A stretch of 64,000 nucleotides of DNA from Candidatus Campbellbacteria bacterium (lineage in GTDB: Bacteria > Patescibacteriota > Minisyncoccia > Phycocordibacterales > JAXHMZ01): NCBI GenBank assembly GCA_034521025.1, contig JAXHMZ010000001.1:15921-79920 (forward strand). The letters are read 5' to 3'. This document shows, one piece after another, positions 30,109 through 40,416 of this stretch. The notes below the pieces were generated by a model. That model saw only the letters and a program-made list of their open reading frames with translations, ran no database searches and had not been told where the DNA came from. Position numbers and translations under genes: made by a program. The number at the start of each line of letters is the position of its first letter. Position 1 is the first letter of the stretch.

Positions 30109-30539
30109 TGGCTGAAGATAACCAGGAGTCCACGGAGTTTGTCAGAGAAGCAAAGCCCGGTTCGGCAAAAATTAGCAAAGGATGGATAAATGCCGGTGCA
30201 GGGATCATCGCTGTCGTGTTGATTGTCGTCCTGTTTAGCGCCCTTTTTTCGAACGATAACGGTGGTCAATCCCAAGAAACACGCGAAGCCAGAGAAAGAC
30301 AAGAGGAAAGAGAAAGGCTAGAAGAGAGAGAAGCCGAAGAGAGAGAGGCAGCGAGGCTCGCACGACGGGAAAACAAGATCCAAACTACCAGAGATTTTAT
30401 CTCTGGACCTTGGATAAAGGACGGGGGTGAAGGAGATACCATTGTCTACACCGACGGTTTTGACATCGACCAAGATACCGGAGAGCTTGAATCATTCGCA
30501 CGCAGTGGCGCTACTCAGCTTCGTAAGGAGAGTGGATGA
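30108..30539 (+). CDS. Hypothetical single-TM protein with an R/E-rich charged helix; start overlaps the SPFH stop (TAATG)
   Basis: TM GAGIIAVVLIVVLFSALF, then REARERQEERERLEEREAEEREAARLARREN. Confidence 0.4.
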   Translation: MAEDNQESTEFVREAKPGSAKISKGWINAGAGIIAVVLIVVLFSALFSNDNGGQSQETREARERQEERERLEEREAEEREAARLARRENKIQTTRDFISGPWIKDGGEGDTIVYTDGFDIDQDTGELESFARSGATQLRKESG

Positions 30540-30745
30540 GGCTCGGACTTATGCAAACTCATTCTCCTGCGAAACATCAGAGATCGGTTTCGAGATTAAT
30601 CAGCTTACGAAGCAAATCTGATTCGGGAAGCGGTGCGCTCTACTTCGAGATGACGCCAACCTGAGAAGGACAGACGATCCTCTTGGTTTCACCGGTAGGT
30701 ACAAATACAAAAATCAGTGGAAGGAGATAACGTTTGTAGCACATT

Positions 30746-30778
30746 GAAATTTAAGGCGTGAGTATCAAACTTGATACT
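30746..30778. terminator. Bidirectional terminator hairpin
   Basis: aggcgtgagtatcaaacttgatactcacgcct. Confidence 0.55.
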
Positions 30779-30789
30779 CACGCCTTCTT

Positions 30790-31224
30790 TTATATTAGCA
30801 TTTTTGCTAGCTTAGGATCACAACCACCCCCGCCCGGATCTACTCCTCCTGGCGAAGTTGGTAAAGTTGGTGTTGGCGGCGGATCAGTAAATCCGGTTCC
30901 GCCTAAAATTGATTTTTGCAAAATGCTTACAATCCCCCATATGGATACCATCATAAAGAGAGCTATAACGCCCCAAAACATAATTCTTTTTCCTCTTTCG
31001 CTGGCATCTTCATCTCCGGCTTTAAAAATATAGATAACTAAACCGTAAAGAAAACCAACTAGACCCAATCCAACCATAAGCGGCACGAGGGCCTCTATAA
31101 TTTTTTGCATCGCTTCTATGAGGGTAAGTATTGTAGCGTTCTGAGCCTTGACCAATATCGGGAAGAAAAATAAAAAAAGAGTTGTAGATATAAAAATGTT
31201 TTTTTGTTCTATATTTTTTTTCAT
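30790..31224 (-). CDS. VirB2/TrbC-like small membrane protein (signal peptide, two TM helices, Pro/Gly-rich C-terminus); paralog 6 of 6
   Basis: ALVPLMVGLGLVGFLYGLVIYIFKAGDEDASERGKRIMFWGVIALFMMVSIWGIV, then PPPTPTLPTSPGGVDPGGGGCDP. Confidence 0.45.
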   Translation of the reverse strand: MKKNIEQKNIFISTTLFLFFFPILVKAQNATILTLIEAMQKIIEALVPLMVGLGLVGFLYGLVIYIFKAGDEDASERGKRIMFWGVIALFMMVSIWGIVSILQKSILGGTGFTDPPPTPTLPTSPGGVDPGGGGCDPKLAKMLI

Positions 31225-31263
31225 AACTTATATTTTGAAAATACTAAATATAAAAATCATATT

Positions 31264-31521
31264 TTATATTGTACTTATACCAAACGTATTAAGGACGAGG
31301 TTAATTAAACTAACCGCCGCAACCATTATAAAGATACCAAGAATACCATACAACATATGCTTTTTTCCTTTCTCGCGAGCTTCATCATTTGAGCTATTGG
31401 CGACAAACTGAAGAAGACCCCAAGCAAACACTAGAGCCGCAAGCGCGAACAAAAGCACTATCAAGGGGTTGATAATAACTGCATTTAATCTAGCCACAAA
31501 TTCAGCCATGTTGACTATCAT
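31264..31521 (-). CDS. VirB2/TrbC-like small two-TM membrane protein; paralog 5
   Basis: Same TM1-short charged loop (NDEAREKGKKHM)-TM2 architecture. Confidence 0.4.
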   Translation of the reverse strand: MIVNMAEFVARLNAVIINPLIVLLFALAALVFAWGLLQFVANSSNDEAREKGKKHMLYGILGIFIMVAAVSLINLVLNTFGISTI

Positions 31522-31608
31522 AATACCACAGAAACATAAAAACCGCCCTGTGAAGAACGGTTTTTATAACGATCTTGTAGTACACATCTTCTAAAGATGC
31601 ATATCTAC

Positions 31609-31962
31609 CTAATTACTCGGAGGCTGTGGAGGAGTAACAGAACCTCCGGTATTAATACCAAATGCACCACTTAGCACTTCGATAATACCCCAAACAGCTA
31701 CAGCAGCAAACAAACCAACGATTCCGGCTATCATGATTCTACGACCATCCGCTTGGCTTTCTTCATTCCCTGCTGCAAAGATGTATTTTACAAGACCATA
31801 AAGAAACGCAACCAAAGCAACTCCGACTAGTAGAGGTACTAGGGCGTTGACTATATCCTGAATACTACCAACAAGAGTGTCAAACCAAACGAGTTCTTGT
31901 GCGTGTGCCACAGAAGGCGCAACAAGAAGTACAGGCGCTATTAGTTTTAAAAACTTTTTCAT
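31609..31962 (-). CDS. VirB2/TrbC-like small membrane protein; paralog 4
   Basis: Signal peptide MKKFLKLIAPVLLVAPSVAHA, two TMs around AAGNEESQADGRR, C-terminus GGSVTPPQPPSN. Confidence 0.45.
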   Translation of the reverse strand: MKKFLKLIAPVLLVAPSVAHAQELVWFDTLVGSIQDIVNALVPLLVGVALVAFLYGLVKYIFAAGNEESQADGRRIMIAGIVGLFAAVAVWGIIEVLSGAFGINTGGSVTPPQPPSN

Positions 31963-32087
31963 TTTAAGATGTTTTCTATCTAAACTATTAATGTTAATTG
32001 TACAAAAACGACCTCTGTTCAGTACTGTAGAAATACTACCAAATAAAGCTCTGTTTTTCTACGCAACCTGTGGATTATTCAAACAAG

Positions 32088-32393
32088 CTAAACACTCAAA
32101 AAGGTGTTGGTAAGTATAGTCACAATGCCCCAGAAAGAGACAACCATAAATAGAGCTATGATGCCCCAGAACATTATACGCTTGCCTTCTTCCAAATTGT
32201 CGCTACTGCCTAGGGAAAATACAAATCTGGCTAGCCCATAAAGGAACATGAGAAGAATAAGGGCTATGACCAGAGTAAACAAAGGATCAATAATACTAAT
32301 AAGCAAATCGACAAGCTGAGCAAATGTTGTTGGCTGGGCAAAGACAAGGTTTGGGAATAGCAGTATTGTCGTGATGAATAGAGATCTCTTCAT
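32088..32393 (-). CDS. VirB2/TrbC-like small membrane protein; paralog 3
   Basis: Signal peptide plus two TMs around SLGSSDNLEEGKRIMFWGIIALF. Confidence 0.45.
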   Translation of the reverse strand: MKRSLFITTILLFPNLVFAQPTTFAQLVDLLISIIDPLFTLVIALILLMFLYGLARFVFSLGSSDNLEEGKRIMFWGIIALFMVVSFWGIVTILTNTFLSV

Positions 32394-32402
32394 ATAAATG
32401 TC

Positions 32403-32717
32403 TTACTTTAATGATTCAATGGTACCTTGAATAAGCTGTGATATGGCTTCGGCTCCCAAAAGTATAAGCGCACCCAAAAGGGCATAAGTGATAGCTCTTT
32501 TGGCTTTATCAAGTTTCTCTGTATTGCCTTGGGCGGTGACAAAAAGGAAACCGGCGTATATCACTGAAAGCACCACGATCGGAGTAGCAAGCAGAATGAG
32601 CGCTTCAATAATTATATTTAAAAGCGAAAGCAGGGTCTCATCGCCAAGAGGATTACCTATATTGATATCAGATTGGGCTAATAAGTATTCTTTATAATTT
32701 TGCCACCATTCCTTCAT
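32403..32717 (-). CDS. VirB2/TrbC-like small two-TM membrane protein; paralog 2 (no obvious cleavable signal)
   Basis: Two TMs around AQGNTEKLDKAKRAITYALLGA. Confidence 0.4.
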   Translation of the reverse strand: MKEWWQNYKEYLLAQSDINIGNPLGDETLLSLLNIIIEALILLATPIVVLSVIYAGFLFVTAQGNTEKLDKAKRAITYALLGALILLGAEAISQLIQGTIESLK

Positions 32718-32765
32718 ATGTTTTGTATTTGACGCTACTCTATTTGTGCTTAAATGTAAATTAAA

Positions 32766-33218
32766 TTACCCACCATAATCCTCTAAGAACTGATTGAAAT
32801 TGGTTTCCACGCCAAGTGCAGAGACAATTACCTGTACCAAAAGGTAGGCTCCAAAGACCAGCACTAAGCCGATGGCGACGTTGGTAAAGATCTTTTTGGC
32901 AGCTTCTGTTTGAGAAGTATCCCCCGCGGCTGTAGCATACCTGAATCCCGCCCAAGCAAAGAAAACCGTCGCTAGAGATAAAGAAAAGACCAAGAGAAAT
33001 CCCATTATGTTGGCAATTAATTGCAAGAAATCATCAAAACCGCATTCCGTGGCGGCATCTTCTCCCGTACAGGCTTCGGGTACAAGCGTAAAATCTTTTT
33101 TCTCTACCTCTGTACTGCCCACCGGTTCAATTGTCTCCTGCGCGAAAAGACTATCTGTAGGCAAAAACATTCCCAAAACTAAAGATAGAATTAAAAAGGA
33201 TTTTAGAAAATTAGCCAT
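32766..33218 (-). CDS. VirB2/TrbC-like small membrane protein with a Cys-containing N-terminal extension; paralog 1
   Basis: Signal peptide, CTGEDAATEC segment, two TMs around AAGDTSQTEAAKKIF. Confidence 0.4.
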   Translation of the reverse strand: MANFLKSFLILSLVLGMFLPTDSLFAQETIEPVGSTEVEKKDFTLVPEACTGEDAATECGFDDFLQLIANIMGFLLVFSLSLATVFFAWAGFRYATAAGDTSQTEAAKKIFTNVAIGLVLVFGAYLLVQVIVSALGVETNFNQFLEDYGG

Positions 33219-33220
33219 AA

Positions 33221-34510
33221 TTATCTACCAAACATATTATTTATCTCTCGAGACAAGCGATCCAAGGCTGATTTTGCGTCTCTCGCGTTAGATCGTACCG
33301 ACTCCACCATTCTCTTGAATGCCCGATACGTTTCTCTGCGATCGGGATCAAACCAAGTCTTGGTTATAAGAGTTGAGTCAACGAACACGCGCGAAGATGC
33401 CTTTGTTGGATCTTCGGCAAGGAGAGAGTTATGAACGGATGGCAGCCCGGTGCGCTCGTCTAGAAGCTCTAAACCGGACTGACTCGATAGAGCGTAAAGG
33501 GCGTTAAACGCGACATCTGTATTATCTGAGTTGCGTATCACCGCAAATCCATACAAATCACCAAAAGTTACCCTCCTTGAGCTCGACTGCACTTGCGGCA
33601 TCATAGAAACCCCAAAAGAAAGATTGGGGTTGGCATCGATTAGCTCGCTCTCCTCTGAGGCAAAGCCAAAGTACAACGCAAGATCTTCGGCTAGGAAAGA
33701 TTCGCGAGAAGAAGGTAGAGATGAGTTCCACGTATAGGCACCTCTCTCCGGATTGGCAAATTCGGTATAGAAATTAAGTGCTTCCGAAGGTGGTAAAGAA
33801 AGTTCATCTGTTACTTGTGAAAATGAAGCCCGGTGACTGCCTTCGCTTCCGGTAACTATAGGAGATCCGGACTGCATCAAAAGTAACGAAAGAATATCTT
33901 TTGCGTTCGTTATGTTGTCATACGTACCTAGAGATACGGCGCTCCGAGAAATATCGAGAAAGCCATCGGTCTGAGTAATTCGTTCGCTAAAATCACGCAT
34001 TTCATCCCAATAACTAGGCGGAGAAGAAATAAGCTCAGAAGACAATATAGAACGATTCCAGTACATAACCATTGGGTCCACTACGGCGGGCAGGGCATAG
34101 AATCCATCGGCGCCTTCAAAGATCTCCGCAGCCTGTATATAGGTGTCGTAATAATCAGAAGCGCTATAATTTTCAAACGGTATTTTATATACCCGGTTGC
34201 GGTGCTCGTATATTGAGTCGTGTTTGAGCAGGATCAGATCCGGCCCATTACCGTCGGCCAGTGCCTCAACAAGAGTCTGGTCAAAATTCTCGGGGCGAAT
34301 TTCCCTATAATTTATTTTTTCCAAATAAGGATCATCTATTTCGTTTTCGTCGAGATAGGTAAAGTACTCAGCCGGCAATGAGCCCCACATATCAATTTCA
34401 GGAATATTTCTATCGCTATTAAAGGTTTGGTAAAGAGCAAAGCTGGCCACACCAACAACAGCTCCGATACCAAAAATGAATAATAAGATTGTCTGAAAAC
34501 TGTTTTTCAT
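33221..34510 (-). CDS. Secreted/membrane-anchored solute-binding-protein-like protein
   Basis: N-terminal TM/signal. About 400-aa periplasmic-binding-like domain. Family uncertain. Confidence 0.35.
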   Translation of the reverse strand: MKNSFQTILLFIFGIGAVVGVASFALYQTFNSDRNIPEIDMWGSLPAEYFTYLDENEIDDPYLEKINYREIRPENFDQTLVEALADGNGPDLILLKHDSIYEHRNRVYKIPFENYSASDYYDTYIQAAEIFEGADGFYALPAVVDPMVMYWNRSILSSELISSPPSYWDEMRDFSERITQTDGFLDISRSAVSLGTYDNITNAKDILSLLLMQSGSPIVTGSEGSHRASFSQVTDELSLPPSEALNFYTEFANPERGAYTWNSSLPSSRESFLAEDLALYFGFASEESELIDANPNLSFGVSMMPQVQSSSRRVTFGDLYGFAVIRNSDNTDVAFNALYALSSQSGLELLDERTGLPSVHNSLLAEDPTKASSRVFVDSTLITKTWFDPDRRETYRAFKRMVESVRSNARDAKSALDRLSREINNMFGR

Positions 34511-34514
34511 CTAT

Positions 34515-35045
34515 TTATTTCTTAATGAATATAAGACCATAATGGTGCGCGCCCGCGCTAATTTCTTTTTCAAACTTAAAACCTACCTCTGTAGCAATAT
34601 TCTTTACTTCCTCAGCCGAAACAACATTTTCTGGCGGTGGTCCCATCCCCCTAAAAGATTCACTCCAGTCTATCACCAACAACCGACCTTCCGGCTTTAA
34701 TATGCGAAATGCTTCTTTTAAAAAAGCGGGTCTGTCGTCAGTCTGGAAAAGGACATTTGATGCTACTGCTGAATCGAGCGAGCTATCATCTAGCTCAATT
34801 CCCTTTTCACGCTCTATGTCAGCTACTAACGGAGCTATATTGGTATATCCTTCTTTTGTCGCGCGTGTTGATAATTCCTTAAGAATATCCTTTTGTATAT
34901 CAACAGCATAAACTGCGCCGGGCAAACCGACTGCTTCGGCTAATACAAATGTATGCGCCCCGGAACCTGCTCCCAGATCAGCTACCTCGTCACCTTCTTT
35001 CGGACCTAGTTGCTGAATATTGTACTCAGGATCTGAAAAATACAT
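34515..35045 (-). CDS. Class I SAM-dependent methyltransferase
   Basis: Motif I VADLGAGSGAHT. Acidic post-I DIQ. Confidence 0.7.
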   Translation of the reverse strand: MYFSDPEYNIQQLGPKEGDEVADLGAGSGAHTFVLAEAVGLPGAVYAVDIQKDILKELSTRATKEGYTNIAPLVADIEREKGIELDDSSLDSAVASNVLFQTDDRPAFLKEAFRILKPEGRLLVIDWSESFRGMGPPPENVVSAEEVKNIATEVGFKFEKEISAGAHHYGLIFIKK

Positions 35046-35107
35046 TATCTTCAGTATAGCGTATTTTAATTATAAATGAGTCAACAAAATGTGGAGAAAA
35101 TACCGCG

Positions 35108-37567
35108 TTAAAGCGCCACCACGGAAGCCACCGAATCTTGAGCACGCAATTTCATAAGACGCACTCCCTGAGTTTGGCGTCCGAGTCTAGGAATATCGTC
35201 AGAAGCCATCCTTATTACCTGGCTCTTCTTCGATATGGCCACTACTTCCTCAGTTTCTTCGTCGAGAATTTTAGCGGACACTAATTTACCGGTTTTGCTA
35301 TTGAGCTTTACGGTTTTAATTCCGGAACCGCCTCTTTTTTGAATTTTGTATTCATCAACCGGAGTTTGTTTCCCATATCCGTTCTCACTAACAACGAACA
35401 CATTCGCCCCTTTTGTGTTTTTGCTAATGACCCCGGACCCTACGACATGATCATCTTTGCCAAGCTTGATCCCGCGGACACCGCCGGCCGCGCGTCCCAT
35501 CTCTCGAATGTCAGACTCCTTGAACCTTATAGCCTGTCCTTCTTTAGTAGCCACCATTACGCTTTCTCCAGACTCTACAAAACCAGTCGCGATAAGTCGA
35601 TCCGTAGCTCCCAATTTTATAGCTAAGATCCCCGAGCGCCTCACATCATGAAAGCTCTCCGCGTTAACCTTTTTAATAACACCTTCTCGAGTAACCATCA
35701 TAACCGAGCAATCACTCGCCTTCACGTCTTTGTGCATAGCCAACACGCTGGTTACGTGCTCTCCGTGTTCCAAAGAAAGGAAATTCATAACTGACTTACC
35801 TTTGGTAGCGCGCTTGCCTTCGGGCAGATCATACATTTTCATTTGATAAACCTTTCCGGCGTCAGTAAAGAAGAGCAGGTCTGAGTGTAGATTGGTCGTG
35901 ATAAAGGTCTGAACAAAGTCTTCTTCTTTTGTATTCATATCAACGACACCAACTCCGCCTCGTTTCTGACGTTTGAATTCGTCCGGAGAGGATCGTTTTA
36001 TATAACCACCGGAAGTAAGCACCAAGACGTTTTCATCATCCGGCACCAAGTCTTCTACCGAGAGATCTTTTAGTTCTCCCTTGATGATCTTAGTACGACG
36101 TTCATCACCGTATTTATCGGCTATTTCTTTGGTTTCATCTTTTATAACTCCCTTGATCTTCTTCGGACTTTCAAGAAGGGCGCGTAATTCCTTGATGAGT
36201 TTTTGCACGCTCTTCAGTTCGTCTTCGATTTTTTGTCTTTCCAATCCAGCCAAGCGCTGCAGTTGCATAGCGAGGATAGCTTCAGTCTGTCTGTCGGAGA
36301 ACTTGAATTTCTTTATAAGGTTGCTTTTCGCGACATCGCGATCCTTGGATTTTTTAATTATCTGGATTATTTCATCAATATGATCCAGAGCTTTTTTCAG
36401 TCCCAAAAGTATATGCTCTCTTTCCAGAGCTCGATCCAGATCATATTGAGTACGCCGTACGATGACCTGACGACGATGCTCTATGAATTCTTCGAGAATG
36501 GTCTTCAAAGAAAGCGTCTGCGGAACCCCATCTACCAGAGCGACTATATTGAAGTGGAAGGTGTCTTCCAATTGTGTATGTTTGTAGAGATAGTTAAGAA
36601 CTTTTTGCGGATGAGCGCCGCCTTTGAGTTCAACTACGATCCTGGTGTCATCCCAATCCGTAGATTCATCACGCAGTCCCTTTATTCCCTCAAGTTTCTT
36701 ATCACGAACAAGATCGGCTATTTTTATGACCAAATTAGCTCTATTCACCCGATACGGAATCGAGGTAATAACTATTTGAAAATTCCCCTTTTTGTCTTCA
36801 ACTATTTCCGCTTCTCCTCTAGTGACAACACCACCACGACCATTCGCGTAAGCTTGTTTTATATCTTTAAAATTGAACGCTATTGCTCCGGTTGGATAAT
36901 CGGGACCCTTAACAAACTGCAATAGATCTTCAGTTGTGGCCTTAGGATTATCTACAAGATGCAAAATAGCGTCGGAAATTTCACGCAAATTGTGCGGAGG
37001 TATATTCGTTGCCATTCCCACGGCGATACCGAGAGTTCCGTTTAATAGAAGGTTTGGCACAGCGGAAGGAAGTAGAGACGGTTCACGGCGCGTACCTTCA
37101 TAGTTTGGCCTCCAATCTACAGTATCCTTTCCAATATCACGGATCAGTTCTTGGGCAATTTTTGACATTTTTGCCTCGGTATATCTGGACGCCGCCGGCG
37201 GATCTCCATCAATAGAACCAAAGTTACCTTGGCTCACTATCAAGGGATAACGCATACTAAAAGGCTGGCTTAAGTTGACCATAGCGTCATAAACAGCCAT
37301 ATCACCGTGCGGGTGATAGTTACCGGTGACGTCACCGGTGATTTTCGCGGACTTACGAGTTTTACCGCCAGGGTTAAGCCCTAGTTCATGCATTGTGTAT
37401 ACAATACGGCGATGAACCGGCTTTAGACCGTCACGCACGTCCGGCAAAGCCCTCGAGACTATCACCGACATAGCGTAGTCGAGGTATGACTCTTTCATTT
37501 CGGCAATGATCTTTCGAGAAATTATGCCTTTCTTGTTTTCTTTATTTTCTTCGTTTTTCTCGGTCAT
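35108..37567 (-). CDS. gyrA: DNA gyrase subunit A
   Basis: Active-site region [24 protein letters not shown]. GyrA-box-like QKRGGVG. C-terminal beta-pinwheel repeats. Confidence 0.9.
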   Translation of the reverse strand: MTEKNEENKENKKGIISRKIIAEMKESYLDYAMSVIVSRALPDVRDGLKPVHRRIVYTMHELGLNPGGKTRKSAKITGDVTGNYHPHGDMAVYDAMVNLSQPFSMRYPLIVSQGNFGSIDGDPPAASRYTEAKMSKIAQELIRDIGKDTVDWRPNYEGTRREPSLLPSAVPNLLLNGTLGIAVGMATNIPPHNLREISDAILHLVDNPKATTEDLLQFVKGPDYPTGAIAFNFKDIKQAYANGRGGVVTRGEAEIVEDKKGNFQIVITSIPYRVNRANLVIKIADLVRDKKLEGIKGLRDESTDWDDTRIVVELKGGAHPQKVLNYLYKHTQLEDTFHFNIVALVDGVPQTLSLKTILEEFIEHRRQVIVRRTQYDLDRALEREHILLGLKKALDHIDEIIQIIKKSKDRDVAKSNLIKKFKFSDRQTEAILAMQLQRLAGLERQKIEDELKSVQKLIKELRALLESPKKIKGVIKDETKEIADKYGDERRTKIIKGELKDLSVEDLVPDDENVLVLTSGGYIKRSSPDEFKRQKRGGVGVVDMNTKEEDFVQTFITTNLHSDLLFFTDAGKVYQMKMYDLPEGKRATKGKSVMNFLSLEHGEHVTSVLAMHKDVKASDCSVMMVTREGVIKKVNAESFHDVRRSGILAIKLGATDRLIATGFVESGESVMVATKEGQAIRFKESDIREMGRAAGGVRGIKLGKDDHVVGSGVISKNTKGANVFVVSENGYGKQTPVDEYKIQKRGGSGIKTVKLNSKTGKLVSAKILDEETEEVVAISKKSQVIRMASDDIPRLGRQTQGVRLMKLRAQDSVASVVAL

Positions 37568-37588
37568 AGGACTTCGGATTATATCATT

Positions 37589-38122
37589 TTATTCCGCGGG
37601 CGGAACTTGCTCTTCACTTTCAGTGTCTTCTTCTGATGAGTTAGTGCTATCAGAATCAGAAGAGCTTTCTTCGTTATTTTCTTCATTTTCGCTTACTTCG
37701 ACTTCCTCTTCATCGCTATCCTCACTCTCTTGATAAACTTCCCCGCTTTCCTCATCGATCTTCAGCGACCCTCCTCCTTCCAAGTTTCCTCGCGAGCCAC
37801 TTTCTTTTACTTCAGTACTTAAGTCTTCCTCTGAGTTCGCTTCTCTAAATACTTTTATAAGCTCATTTATGCTGGTATTCAGCTCGCCTACGCCTTGCTT
37901 TAGATCTTTTCTCACAACATCAAAATCTTGACCAAGCGCCTTGAACGGAGTAATAGAGTCCGCTTGGCTAGTATCTTCGCTATTTAGATCAATAGTTCTA
38001 GGAAGAACAGCTGTGGCCCAAACTAATCCCACAATACTTGTGAGGGCTAAAGAAGACAGAAAAGTTATGCGCATTCTCTCGCCACGGCTCTTTTTTCTTA
38101 TCTTTTTGATCCTCTCTAACAT
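37589..38122 (-). CDS. Hypothetical secreted/membrane protein with an acidic Ser/Glu-rich C-terminus
   Basis: N-terminal TM ITFLSSLALTSIVGLVWATAV. Low-complexity tail. Confidence 0.35.
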   Translation of the reverse strand: MLERIKKIRKKSRGERMRITFLSSLALTSIVGLVWATAVLPRTIDLNSEDTSQADSITPFKALGQDFDVVRKDLKQGVGELNTSINELIKVFREANSEEDLSTEVKESGSRGNLEGGGSLKIDEESGEVYQESEDSDEEEVEVSENEENNEESSSDSDSTNSSEEDTESEEQVPPAE

Positions 38123-38130
38123 AATCAGAC

Positions 38131-38775
38131 TTATACTTGAGATGAAAGTACAACGATATCTCCCTCTCTCTCATCTAGTTCTTTCTTTTTGATAGTGAGT
38201 TTGTCTTGCGGCTTTTCTCCTGTTTCTCCTTCCTCACTAACAAATGACTTTAGAGTGTCTTTGTCATAGAGCATAGGGATAATAATACTCGCTTCAAATT
38301 TCAAGGAAAGTTTGTACGCCTCATTTGGAGAAAGCGCTCCACTGCCTCCTACTGGAATAAAAAGAATGTCGGGGTCTCCCAAGCCCTCTCTTACTTCCGA
38401 ACTTATTTCCCCTTCGGATAATGCACCTAAGAAGACCAAGTTCATATCTTCAAGAGTTATGGAATACACGGTATTGTTTGCTTTTTTACCTCCATACTCC
38501 GTCGGAGTTAAATATCCCTTGGCGAAAATTCCCTGTACTTCATACTCGCCAGGACCGGAAATAACAAATGGATCCTTTCCTTTAAGCGAAGCATTTTCCC
38601 GGCCATCCATATCCGGATGAAAGTTTGAGATAAAGCAGATGTCTGAACCAAATTTTGATTGTTTTAGTTCTGACTTTTTAGAAATAGGATTGAGCGCGAG
38701 CGTCACATCCCCAAACTGCACCTTGAAATACGAGGCTCCATAATACGATATTACCATTACCTCATTATATCGCAT
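38131..38775 (-). CDS. MBL-fold metallo-hydrolase-like protein
   Basis: Beta-lactamase-like fold pattern (ICFISNFHPDMDG...DILFIPVGG). Confidence 0.45.
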   Translation of the reverse strand: MRYNEVMVISYYGASYFKVQFGDVTLALNPISKKSELKQSKFGSDICFISNFHPDMDGRENASLKGKDPFVISGPGEYEVQGIFAKGYLTPTEYGGKKANNTVYSITLEDMNLVFLGALSEGEISSEVREGLGDPDILFIPVGGSGALSPNEAYKLSLKFEASIIIPMLYDKDTLKSFVSEEGETGEKPQDKLTIKKKELDEREGDIVVLSSQV

Positions 38776-39039
38776 TTACCGTTCATATTCAAACAAAGAA
38801 ATAGCAAATTTTAGCTTAACTAAACGCCAAAACCCTATATATAAAGACTTATAACAAAACCAGATTGGCCGTACTTGACTGTTTACAAAACGCTTTTTTT
38901 AACTATACTGTAACGGAACTTTGAGTTTCTACTTAAAGTTAAATTATCAGTCGTAATTTCTCTGATAACACTTTTTCCCTACAGATAAAGAAAGAAAAAT
39001 ACCGCGCGAAACCGAAAAAGAACAGAGAAAAAAATATAA

Positions 39040-40317
39040 ATGACAACAACAGAAGAAACGTCAGTAGACACTGACACAAAAGAGACGACCAACGGCGTCG
39101 ATAGGTCTGATTTGGACATGAGCGCCGAGGAAAATCAAAGAATAGTTGATGAAATAGCCCAAAAAGCGACATCGGAAGGCAGTGATCTTATGGAAGCTTT
39201 GATCGCCGAAACCCCGACACCGCCGGAAGTAGGCGATCTTGTAGAAGGACCGGTGGTTGGAATCGAAAAATCAAGAGTTTATGTTGATCTGCATCCGTTT
39301 GGAACCGGCGTGATATACGGTCGTGAGTTCAACAATGCTCGCGATATGATCAGAAACATTGGAATCGGTGACTCGATCGCCGCCAAAGTACTGGAAAACG
39401 GAGCCGAGCATGGCTACATAGAGCTTTCTCTACGAGAAGCGAGACAAGCACTGATCTGGGCTGAGGTTGAGGAGCATATTCGTAACAAAACCATACTCGA
39501 GCTACCAATTAGTGACGCCAATAAAGGTGGACTTATTATTGAATGGAAAGGTATACAAGGATTTTTGCCCGCCTCACAACTTTCAAGCGACCACTATCCT
39601 CGTGTTGAAGACGGTGACAAACAAAAAATATTAGATGAACTCAAACGCCTTGTCGGTGAGAGACTGCCGGTCTCAATTCTTACGGCAAGCCCGAAAGAAG
39701 GTAAATTGATATTCACCGAGAAAAAACAAGATACGCAAGAGAAAACTGAGATACTCGAAGGATATGAAGTAGGCGAGATCGTCGAAGGAGAAGTATCCGG
39801 AATGGTTGATTTTGGCATTTTTGTAAAATTGGAAGAGGGGCTCGAAGGTCTGGTCCACATCTCTGAGATCGATTGGTCTCTGGTAGAAGATCCACGAGAG
39901 CTTTATTCGATCGGTGACAAAGTACGCGTACAAGTGATCGAGATCAAAGACGGCAAGATCTCTCTTTCTATTAAGGCACTTAAAGAGAATCCGTGGATAG
40001 AGGCCGAGAAAAAATACAGTAAAGGAGATACCGTTGAAGGCGTGGTTATCAAATACAACCGCCACGGCGCTCTGGCCTCTATTGAAGAAGGCATTGCCGG
40101 ACTTGTGCACGTCTCTGAATTCGAATCTGAAGAAGAACTGCGCAATACTCTGGAATTAGGTAAAAGCTATCCGTTTACCATTACCCTGTTCGATGCCAAA
40201 GAACAGCGAATGGCTCTTTCCCATAAGGGACCGGGAGAAACAACCGAAACAGAGGAAGCTCAAAACAAAAACATCGCAGAAACAAAAGAAGACAGCGAAG
40301 ATAGCGATAGTGAATAA
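39040..40317 (+). CDS. rpsA: 30S ribosomal protein S1 (four S1 domains plus acidic N- and C-terminal extensions)
   Basis: Repeated S1-domain pattern (GxV.G.V..I...G.FV.L, GLVHISE). Confidence 0.8.
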   Translation: MTTTEETSVDTDTKETTNGVDRSDLDMSAEENQRIVDEIAQKATSEGSDLMEALIAETPTPPEVGDLVEGPVVGIEKSRVYVDLHPFGTGVIYGREFNNARDMIRNIGIGDSIAAKVLENGAEHGYIELSLREARQALIWAEVEEHIRNKTILELPISDANKGGLIIEWKGIQGFLPASQLSSDHYPRVEDGDKQKILDELKRLVGERLPVSILTASPKEGKLIFTEKKQDTQEKTEILEGYEVGEIVEGEVSGMVDFGIFVKLEEGLEGLVHISEIDWSLVEDPRELYSIGDKVRVQVIEIKDGKISLSIKALKENPWIEAEKKYSKGDTVEGVVIKYNRHGALASIEEGIAGLVHVSEFESEEELRNTLELGKSYPFTITLFDAKEQRMALSHKGPGETTETEEAQNKNIAETKEDSEDSDSE

Positions 40318-40320
40318 AAC

Positions 40321-40350
40321 CCACAATACAAAAACCGCCACTAAGGCGGT
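40321..40350 (+). terminator. Rho-independent terminator after rpsA
   Basis: aaaaccgccactaaggcggtttctgtattt. Confidence 0.6.
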
Positions 40351-40380
40351 TTCTGTATTTAATACCTAGTTTAAGCCATT

Positions 40381-40414
40381 TTAAATGCTTCAATCTATAG
40401 ATTGAAGCATTTAA
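40381..40414. repeat. Second copy of the aaatgcttcaatctatagattgaagcattt palindrome, between convergent rpsA and pth
   Basis: ttaaatgcttcaatcta|tagattgaagcatttaa. Core identical to 11406-11437. Confidence 0.85.
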
Positions 40415-40416
40415 AT

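Noticed and set aside
36203-36925. 240-aa plus-strand ORF inside gyrA, and many 60-160-aa ORFs antisense to clpB, infB, valS and ftsZ.
   Set aside because: They are fully embedded antisense in highly conserved genes with strong homology on the other strand, and they lack RBSs.
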